Shown here: positions 54,121 to 64,000 of the stretch, in pieces
Numbering within the stretch: position 1 is the first letter of the stretch
How the letters are laid out: every line of letters begins with the position of its first letter
Source of the DNA: Octopus sinensis
Lineage: Eukaryota
Length of the DNA stretch: 64,000 nucleotides
Reading direction: 5' to 3'
Assembly: GCF_006345805.1 (NCBI RefSeq)
Contig: NC_042999.1
Coordinates: 145,080,001-145,144,000 of the forward strand
Translations under genes and position numbers: made by a program
Notes under the pieces: generated by a model
What the model was told of the DNA's origin: nothing
The model's database searches: none
The model's input: the letters and a program-made list of their open reading frames with translations, nothing else

Positions 54121-55556
54121 TATGAGAAAAGACGAAAAGGGAGAAATTGAAATGCAGACATCAGTTTATTTAAAAATATTCAAATTCATATAATGAAATT
54201 CCAGTCCTACAGCTGTTTCCATATCCAATTAGTTCAATTACAGAAATTAAATTAAATTTAATTAATTTAATTCAAGTTTTCATGTTGAAACTGGTTAATT
54301 GGGTATTTCATCAGGGAAGAATTTTCCAAAAGTGAGTTACATTTCAACATGTTAGCTGACCTATGACAGACTCAGATGTGTGCATTTTAGAATGTGTGCA
54401 TTGTATAAACAGAAACATGCACAACTACCTGATGATTGTTACCTCTCTCTTGCTCTACCAGCTTTCTCTCTCACTCACTTTAACCTCTCTCTCTCTCTCT
54501 AACATATTTTTCACCCTAACTACCACACCACCACCAATAAAAGCCATCATGTATTACATATGCACATGCATAAATATATCAAATGAATTTATTTATATGT
54601 ACATATATGAAAATAACTTTTTTTGGCGAAGTTTCGCATGTCGTAGCTCAGATTTCCGTCGATTTCCGTAAAAAACTTTTATTTTTTTACATAAGTAATG
54701 AGAGCGAAAGAGACTAAGAGGAAGCGATTTTATGACGAGAAGGTTTCTCTTTGAAGTCGGCCTGTGTGTGTTTGATGGGGTGTGGGAGACAGACAGTATG
54801 TTGTGTAAGTGAAGTGCTTCTGTTAGTGTGTGCGAAGAGACAGAGAGAGTAATGTGTGAAAGAGAGAGATAACTGATTTTTTACTCGGTGTATGTGTATA
54901 TGTATGTATGCATGTATGTGTATGTGTGTGTGTGTGTATGTATCTATGTATGTGTGTGTATGTATGTATGTATGTATGTATGTATGGCCGATTCATTGTA
55001 ATTTTTTACTCGGTGTATGTGTATATGTATGTCTGTCTCTTCGCACACGCTAACAGAAGCACTTCACTTACACAACATACTGTCTGTCTCCCACACCCCA
55101 TCAAACACACACAGGCCGACTTCAAAGAGAAACCTTCTCGTCATAAAATCGCTTCCTCTCAGTCTCTTTCGCTCTCATTACTTATGTAAAAAAATAAAAG
55201 TTTTTTACGGAAATCGACGGAAATCTGTGCTACTACAACCGAAACTATGCCCTTTTTTTTTTAAAACAATACACACATCTGTGTCTGTCATCGGTCAACT
55301 AACATGTTGAAATGTAATTCACTTTTGGAAAATTCTTCCCTGATGAAATACTCAATTAACCAATTGCAACATGAAAATTTGAATTAAATTAATTTAATTT
55401 ATCTAATTTAATTTAATCTAATTTAATTTCTGTAATTGAACTAATTGGATATGGAAATGACTGTAGGACTGGATTTTCATTATATGGATTTGAATATTTT
55501 AAAATAAACTGATGTTTGCATGTCAATTTCTCCATTTTCTTCTTTTTCTTATTCAT
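54121..55556. mobile_element. Foldback-type element with long inverted arms
   Basis: Outer arm ~54123-54390 is the reverse complement of ~55265-55550. Inner arm ~54628-54845 is a near-identical reverse complement of ~55031-55250. The centre holds (TATG)n and a direct repeat ttttttactcggtgtatgtg. Confidence 0.85.
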
Positions 55557-55639
55557 AAATATTTTAAGTACCTATATATATCAATGCAAAACTAATATAT
55601 TTAGTTTTCACTGAACACTGGTATAAACTGAAGAACTAG

Positions 55640-56198
55640 GATGCTTGCATCCCTTAAAGGATTGGCACATTGGACCTCACAGAGGTAATGATGAAAGACC
55701 AAGACCTCTGAGATATGCTGTGACTGCGAAGACCCGACAAACGAAGTGAGTTCATGGCTCGCAGGACGGCCTTCTGTGCTAACCTTGGATCATAGGTTCT
55801 GTGCTTCAGGAGACTTATTTGAGTCAAGTACATCAACATCAAAATAAAAATCAAATGGAAATTGTAGTTGTGATACCTGTGCCGGTGGCATGTAAAAAGC
55901 ACCATCCGAACGTGGCCAATGCCAGCGCTCCCTTGACTGGTGTCCGTGCCGGTGACATGTAAAAAGCACCAACCGATCATGGCCGTTTGCCAGCCTCCCC
56001 TGGCCCCTGTGCCGGTGGCATGTAAAAAAGCACCCACTATACTCACGGAGTGGTTGGCGTTAGGAAGGGCATCCCACTGTAGAAACACTGCCAGATCAGA
56101 CTGGAGCCTGGTACAGCCTCCTGGCTTCCCAGACCCTGGTTGAACTGTCCAACCCATGCTAGCATGGAAAACGGACGTTAAATGATGATGATGATGAT
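55640..56198 (+). mobile_element. RTE-tail element (family C, long form)
   Basis: gagatatgctgtgactgcgaagaccc resembles the RTE 3' UTR at ~8800; three gtgccggtggcatgtaaaaag heads, the conserved tail and (gat)n follow. Confidence 0.75.
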
Positions 56199-57098
56199 AT
56201 ATATATAAACAGGAGTCTGCTAGTAGAACCATCTTACTTTTAATGGCTCTGTTGATATACAGTACATCTCCATTACATTTTCCTATTTTGGTGAAGGTGT
56301 ATCTCCCCCATCTCCCACACAATACTACAGAATCTTAGCTGAGTCATTTGGATATTGGACTGTTGCCCAAAGTATTGATTCTTTAGATTAACACCACCCT
56401 GTTGTTTCCAAGGTTAAGACCTTTTACTCTCACTGATCCAGTTCACCTAACAGTAACTAGACACCACGGGTAGGTGCAGCTCACCACTGTAATAAAGGCT
56501 TTTGCTACGTCAATAAAAAAGACAGGGGATGGTGAGTTTGGTAGAGCAACAAACAAAATTCTTTACTGGTTTTAGCAATGTTTCTTCACATTCTGAGTTC
56601 AAATCTCACCCTAGAGCATGGTTCATTTCATGCATGTTTTAATATCTTGGAGTGTTGAATTCAAATTCTTGTTTGAGGATGGCAGACACAGCAAGAAACA
56701 ATATCAACGTTATATTTCTTACAAAGAAACATCTCAGAATCTTGAGTTTATAGCACAACAAGCAAGCATCTTCTTGGATTTGATGACTGACTTTATCATC
56801 AGTAGCATACAAATGTTACTTCCAATAAGGATGTGCTGGTATGGATTAGAGGCTGATACTTCACTGTGCTAATGGAAGATTGATTTCAGTGAGCAACTGA
56901 TAGAATATTTTATAAGATATTTACTGGTACATTGATACCTTCTCACTATTATAACGATGTAAATAACAACCACTCCCAAATCTAACATTAAATTGGTTAT
57001 GATACTAGATTACAGTTTATAAGACTGAGGATTCATGCAGGTGTATATGTATAACTAATGTGTGTGTGTGTACATGTATCTCTCTCTCTCCCTCCCCC

Positions 57099-57196
<98 letters not shown>

Positions 57197-57499
57197 TATA
57201 TATATATCATGTATGTGAATGATTACTACCTTTCTTCTATAAGTGTGAGTGTACCTGACCTTATGAGTGTTGTGAAAATTGAAAAACTAAAAACTACTTC
57301 TCAAAGTTCTTTGCTAAAATGTCTTTTCAAGTGCTTCGCTTGTTTTAGCATATGGCATGGGTTTGATGGGTCTGCTGCTTTACAGCACACCTCCAGTCAC
57401 TCTTTCCTGTTGTGCTGTCTTGTGTTTTACAAACCAGAGTTTCTCAGTTATGCAAAGTTGTGTACATAAACATAGACATGCAGGGAGAGAGAGAGAGAG

Positions 57500-57553
<54 letters not shown>

Positions 57554-59598
57554 AAGTACAAACACAGCTACACAAGTAGGTCTGTATGTACAAACACATG
57601 TTCCCACACACATTGACACACATTCAGTCCAAACATGCAGACACACCTTGCATACATTTTAGTTTATTTATGATCCTAGTTTACTTTCATACACACACAT
57701 ACTTTATATCCATTTTCATTGCTTGCATGGGGGTTGGACTAATATATATATATATATATATCAGTGAATTAAGAGTCCTTAAAGTATTAATAGTGCTTTC
57801 TGGTATTTGTTCTGGTTCTCTGTTTTCTGAGTTTAATCCTGGCATGGTCAGTTTGTTTTTTCTCTTTTCAAGGTCAATAAATTAGGTACCAGTTAAATGC
57901 TGGTCTCCTTAATTTCACTGTTTCTTTAATTTTACTCCCAAGGCTCAGGCCAACTGCAGACTATAGTAGAAACTTGCCTTAGGTGAATTGCAGTATGATC
58001 GAACCTGACACTATGTGGTTGTGAAGTAAATTTCTTAGTCACTTGGTCATGTGTGTGTGTTTAGGCACAGGAGTGGCTGTGTGGTTAAGAAGCTTGCTTC
58101 CCAACCATGTGGTCTTGGGTTCAGTCCCACTGTGCAGCACCTTGGGGAAAGTGTTTTATACTCTGGCCGCAGACCAACTAAATATTATGAATGGATTTGT
58201 TAGGCAGAAACTGAAAGAAGCCTGTTGTGTGTGTGTGTGTGTGTTTGTGTACACCCTTATCTAGCCATTATGTGATAGTTGTAAATGAGCATTACTATCA
58301 TGCTAGCAATGTTGTTTGTCTCCAATCTTCCATGGTGAACTATTCCTTTGCTTGAAAACAAGAAGGGTTGGTGACTGGAGGGGCTTCTAGATGTAGAAAG
58401 ATCTGCTTCAACAAAGTCTGTTTGACCCATGCAAGCATGGAATAGTGGACGTTAAATGATGATAATACACATGCACACATGTACACACCAATATGTGAGA
58501 AGATATGGGATGGCACAACTGTTATCCTTGGCAATCAAAAAATGTTAGAAGTGGATGCAAATGATAGAAATACATGACAAATGATAATTAAAACCTTATC
58601 AACTATCTCATTGAGAAGTATAGTATTTCAGTGCCTCAGCTAGAATTGTGTAGGGGTGTCAAGGACTATTGAATATAGTTGTTAGACGATAGGAACGGGA
58701 GGGGATGAGACAAAAACATATAGTGGAATCTTTGCAAATATGACAGGAAAACACAAATACTGGGAAAGAAATTTAGTAAATGGGGCAGAGAATTTAGTAA
58801 AGAAATGTAGTAAATGGACCAGAGAAAACAAAAGTGTAGGTCTACTTATAATAATGCTAAATAATATGTAACTTTTTTTGTGACAAAAATAAAACATTCA
58901 GTGTTCAGAAAGAAACAACAACAAAAAAAAAGTGCCAGTTGAAAGAGAAAGAAAGTAAGCAATAATTGCTGGACAAAGTTTTTGAGTAAGTAAGGGAGGA
59001 GAGAATATTTTTGCCCACTTGATGATTTAAGAGATAAAAGAGAGAGATCAGTGGATAGAATGAAAGAAAAAAGTGGCTAGCTAGGAATAGAGAGAGAGAG
59101 AGAGTTATAGTAGTTAGAAACTGTGTGAGAAATGGCTGTGTTTTTAGTTTGATTGTAAATGGAACTTCTTAATTACATAAGTCATGTATGTTTGTGTTTT
59201 ACTCATTGTCTTGACAGGTTTGCATGCTGTATAAACACTGTCACATGTAAACTGTGTCATTGTTTAGTTTTACTGCAAAAACAGGTCTGGTTGTCTGTCT
59301 GAGCACTCTTTAAACAATACCCAGTGTCTTTGTTTATATCTGCTATGAAAACAGGTCTAGTCATTGAGCAGCATGTCATTTGGAAGAGCAAGTGAAATAC
59401 TTCTTTACTTGCAAAAGAAGTGAAGGTTAGTGACAGGAAGAGCATAGCACTATAGAAAATCTTGCTTCAGAAAGTCTTGTCTGACATTTGCCAGTATAGA
59501 AAAACTGGATGCCAATTAAATTAAATGTTATACATACTCTATCAAAAGTATACTGCCTCATGTGAAAATATATGTTGTTTTTTTCTTTTCTATTTCAG

Positions 59599-59642
59599 TA
59601 TGTAAACCTCAAGTAGCTCAGGGCGAAATCTTGTCACACGAG
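59599..59642 (+). CDS. ITPK1: ITPK1 coding exon (44 nt) (V)CKPQVAQGEILSHE
   Basis: Acceptor ttttcttttctatttcag|, donor |gtaagt. Aligns to human ICKTRVAHGTNSHE (K157 and H167 equivalents conserved), one codon longer. Confidence 0.92.
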
Positions 59643-60044
59643 GTAAGTAAATAAATTAGAAACTTACAGCCAAAGTATTAACACTCTTCTTCTTTACTCC
59701 CACTGTTGCTATTAAATCTACCAAGTAGTGTATTTACTTTTGATATTTTATGGTTGACATGTGTAATACATTCTCATATATTATGTTAAATTTCACATTT
59801 CACATTAAATTTTCAATGAGTCATAGATGCAATGTGACTTTTGATGAAAATTATTTCTATGCCTGCTAATAATATCTGCTTAGGGATGACTATTGTATCA
59901 TACAATTAAGCTACATTTGGTATTATCCCTTGGTTTTGGTGTCAAAGTCAATAATACCTTAGTGAAAAGCATGCTTACCACAGCTTCATGTTACTTGTGT
60001 GACTCTAAATGGGAGTGATTCATCTTTATTTTTGCATAAGAACC

Positions 60045-60064
60045 AGTGTATATGTGTGTGTGTG

Positions 60065-60111
<47 letters not shown>

Positions 60112-60273
60112 GTGTATGTATATATGTATATGTGTATGTATATATGTATATGTGTATGTATATATGTATATGTGTATGTATATATGTATATGTGTATGTA
60201 TATATGTATATGTGTATGTATATATGTATATGTGTGCATATGTATATGTGTATATATATACATTACAGTAATG

Positions 60274-60304
<31 letters not shown>

Positions 60305-60699
60305 GTATATATGTATGTATGTATATATATGTATATATATATGTATGTGTGTATATGTATATGTATGTGTGTATATGTATATGTATGTGTGTAAATATAT
60401 ATGTATGTGTGTAAATATATATGTATGTGTGTAAATATATATGTATGTGTGTAAATATATATGTATGTATGTATATATATATGTATGTATGTATATATAT
60501 ATGTATGTGTGTATATATATATGTATGTGTGTATATATATATGTATGTGTGTAAATATATATGTATGTGTGTATATATATGTATATGTATGTGTGTATAT
60601 ATATGTATATGTATGTGTGTATATATATGTATATGTATGTGTGTATATATATGTATATGTATGTGTGTATATATATATATGTATGTATATATATATATG

Positions 60700-60731
<32 letters not shown>

Positions 60732-60787
60732 TATATATGTATGTATATGTATGTATATATATATATGTATGTATATATATATATATG

Positions 60788-60821
<34 letters not shown>

Positions 60822-60873
60822 TATATATGTATGTGTGTATATATATATATATGTATGTATATATATATGTATG

Positions 60874-60908
<35 letters not shown>

Positions 60909-61176
60909 GTATGTGTGTATATATATATATATAGTATGTATATATATATGTATGTGTGTATATATATATATGTATGTATATATATATGTATGTATGTATA
61001 TATATATATATGTATGTGTATATATGTATGTATGTGTATATATGTATGTATGTGTATATATGTATGTATGTGTATATATATATGTATGTGTATATATATA
61101 TGTATGTGTATATATATATGTATGTATATATATATATGTATGTGTGTGTATATATATATATGTATGTATATATATG
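60045..61176. repeat. ~1.1 kb compound (TA)n/(TATG)n/(TG)n microsatellite
   Basis: Uninterrupted alternating purine-pyrimidine tract with higher-order sub-periods. Source of the 141-305 aa YI/CV ORFs. Confidence 0.95.
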
Positions 61177-61476
61177 TCATAAGAATTTAGAAACTTTGAG
61201 AGAGATGGAATAAATTGTTTTTAATGGTGGAACTCAAAGTAGATAAAGCAAAAAAAATATATAGAATATTGGCTTATGCTGAAGGCTGTCTGGGGGACTC
61301 AAACCTATTTTATCTATAAAACATAGCATATACAGAAGCAACCCTTCAAATTTTCTTCATGTATTTTAGAAGCCTTGTTCTTACCAACAAGAATTGTCAT
61401 GAATTAAGAAACTTCAAGAGACATGATAAATCGATTTTAGTTACAAATATTAGTGTGTAGAATATACACCATCATA

Positions 61477-61507
<31 letters not shown>

Positions 61508-62618
61508 AATTTATATGCCATATATATTCATTTATATACACTACTAATGCATGTGGAAAGTCCATGGTTATTTTGCAAGCTGTTAGAAAACTATGAAATT
61601 CATAATTGTTTTTGAAATTGTATTTTTTTCTGATAAGTTTGATCCCTTGGGTAGTATAATGTCCTCATGGGTAGTGCTAAATGTATAGTAATATTAGAGA
61701 ACATCTTTGTGAGACACTTGTCACGTCTTCTATTTTTTTTTTGTTATGCACTTGTAACCTTTTCTTCTTTGTGAGTTGTTTTCTATTATTTCTACTTTTA
61801 CATTGACACGTTAACATGCTAAAGAAAGAACAGTATTTTCTTAAGTCCTCAATTGGCCTTGAGAAAATACTGGTTCATTTCTCATCTACTTTCCATTGTG
61901 TCTGTGTCATTGAACTTATTGAAAATGCATTGAAAGAATGTATGGCCTATAATACAAAATGTTTCAAACAGTCTTAAATATAGAACAGAATTGAAGACAT
62001 AACCATTTGTTATATTATGCAGTTTTGGAACATCTATATAGGTAATGCATAAACAAACTTTAATATTCTGTGCTACATTCTTAGTTTCATATGGTTGGAC
62101 TGGAACCCAATGTCCCTATGGAGTATGTACAGTTACTGTTCTTCACATAAACTGTAGATTCTAAAGTATGCACAAGTGTGCTTGTGTGCATGCTCACACA
62201 CATATAAGCACACACACACAAAAGTGCAAGCCTGGCTGTGTGGTGAAAAGTTTGCTTCCCAACCACATGGGTCCAGATTAAGTCCCACTGTGTGGCATCT
62301 TGGGCAAATGTCTTCTACTGTAACCTTAGGCTGCCTATAACCTTATGAGTGGATTTGTAGTTGGAAACTGAAAGAAGCCTATTTTATGTGTGTATGTGTG
62401 TTAGTCCCCCTTGCCACTTGACAACTGGTGTTAGTTAGTTTACATCTCCATAACTTACTGGCTTGGTAAAAGAAGGTAATAGAATAAATACTAGGCTTAA
62501 AAAATAAAAAATAAACAATAGTGTGGCTGATTTCTTTGACTGCTGAATCCTTTAAGGTGGTACACCCAGTATACCTATAGTACAGTGACCGAAACAAGTA
62601 AAAGATAAAAGGTATATA

Positions 62619-63180
62619 TCTATATACTACTAAAACTCTGTTATTGCTTGCGTGCGTGCTTGTTTGTAATTTAGTACAGCCAAACCAGTGCATAATGGGA
62701 AAATACTCTGAAAGTAAGGTAACCCTGAAATGTGAATACAAACAGAATGAAACAAGTTTCACGTAAATTGGACCACGGATTCCTTAGATACATGGTTATT
62801 TTTTGGTACTTTCATAAATAGCCAAAATGGTGCATAATGGGAAAATACTTGAAATGGGAATATATAATACTGTGAAAATTGTTTCCATTAATTAATTGTT
62901 TACATTATATAACTATTCCTGTTGCATTTTTGTAGAAGTGTGCGCATATGCCATAAATAAATGCTGTTACTGGAGTTCAAGTTTATCCCAGAAGTTCTAT
63001 TTCTATTAGATGCTGTAAATAATCAATAAAACCTTAAACAGATCTATGATGACATGAACGAATTGAAATATTGAACTGAATCATCATAAAATTAACTTTC
63101 ATTTCAATGCAATGTTGAAACCAGTTTCAATCTTTTATGACCTGAACTGTCAGTGACCTAACAGGTCATGGGTAGTCTAG
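62619..63180 (+). mobile_element. Non-autonomous Helitron (562 bp)
   Basis: Inserted between A and T. 5' end tctatatactactaaaa; 3' hairpin tgacct-aac-aggtca (63154-63168) followed by ctag at 63177-63180; internal duplication gtgcataatgggaaaatact. Confidence 0.75.
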
Positions 63181-63450
63181 TATATCGGTATATATATGTA
63201 TATGGATCATTAATTGAAAATATCTTTTTTATACTCAGTTGCCTTATTAATGATATGAATAGTGTGAACAGATTATGCTTTCAATTTTATTCCATAGTTA
63301 AATGTTATGTATGTAGAACACAGTAGATAGGTCCACAGTTGTCAAGTTTCTCTGTTTTGGATCTGGTCCCTTCAAAAAGGGTTATAGGGAAAGTGAGTTA
63401 TATGTGCAAAGTCTTTTGGTAAAGTAATGAAAATATTATTTTATTCTCAG

Positions 63451-63483
<33 letters not shown>

Positions 63484-63773
63484 GTTAGTAGTACAGGTAC
63501 ACATACTACACAGTGACACACACACACATATACTCAGTAAAATGGTTGGTGTTAGGAAGGGCATTCAACTATAGGAACCATTGTCAGAACTGAGACACTG
63601 GAGCAACAAATACTTCTTGGACCCACTGGATTCTGTGGAAACCTTTTAACTGCTTAACCGTGTGCATGTGTATACACATACACACACATACACATGCTTA
63701 CAACGATACATACATATATATTTGATATATTTATCTCACATTATATTTTGAAATTCTGTCGTATATTTTGTAG

Positions 63774-63933
63774 ATGGCAATCATTTTTAATGAAGAAGGT
63801 TTGAAAGACGTGCGACCACCATGTGTAGCTCAAAGTTTCATCACTCATAATGCTGTACTGTACAAAGTGTTTGTTGTTGGTGATGAACAATTTATCTGTG
63901 AGCGGCCATCTCTCAAAAACTTGACTGCTGGTG
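63774..63933 (+). CDS. ITPK1: ITPK1 coding exon (160 nt) MAIIFNEEGLKDVRPPCVAQSFITHNAVLYKVFVVGDEQFICERPSLKNLTAG
   Basis: Acceptor tattttgtag|, donor |gtaagt. Strong match to the ATP-grasp core MAIVFNQEGLNAIQPPCVVQNFINHNAVLYKVFVVGESYTVVQRPSLKNF (Q188, K199, R212, S214 equivalents). The ATG at 63774 is an internal Met, not a start codon. Confidence 0.97.
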
Positions 63934-64000
63934 GTAAGTTCATTTTTTTTTTTATTTGTTGTATACAGTAGTTATCATTTTAAAGATACAGTGTATGCTA

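Noticed and set aside
59991-61213. Long ORFs of 85-305 aa (YIYIH / CVYMY), and similar ones at 4190-4711, 46940-47365 and 48712-50355
   Set aside because: Translations of TA/TG/CA microsatellites, which lack stop codons in several frames.
63774-63971. ORF-track 65-aa stand-alone protein starting at ATG 63774
   Set aside because: It is an internal ITPK1 exon; the tail GKFIFFFICCIQ is read-through into the intron beyond the gtaagt donor at 63934.

Overview
AT-rich eukaryotic genomic DNA dense in repeats. The SINE/LINE families and abundant (TA)n/(CA)n microsatellites suggest an Octopus-like cephalopod (inference). The window lies inside one + strand gene, an ITPK1 orthologue (inositol 1,3,4-trisphosphate 5/6-kinase / inositol-tetrakisphosphate 1-kinase). 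Six GT-AG coding exons (25, 126, 118, 99, 44 and 160 nt; 572 nt in total) splice into one open frame across introns of 4-18 kb. The first coding exon and the C-terminal exons were not found and probably lie outside the window. The introns hold decayed RTE LINEs, RTE-tail short elements, tRNA-type SINEs, mariner and hAT relics and MITEs, Helitron/HINE elements, piggyBac-like MITEs and Penelope-like fragments. Highlights: a degenerate minimal hammerhead-ribozyme motif at the end of a Penelope-like element (14976-15013), a tandemly duplicated splice donor behind the 25-nt microexon, Gln at the position of human ITPK1 His162, and a ~2.6 kb multi-tier inverted-repeat structure (53568-56198). Nearly all entries in the ORF track are microsatellite or repeat artefacts. 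No database searches were run; family assignments rest on recalled motifs, and repeat boundaries are approximate unless TIR/TSD positions are given.
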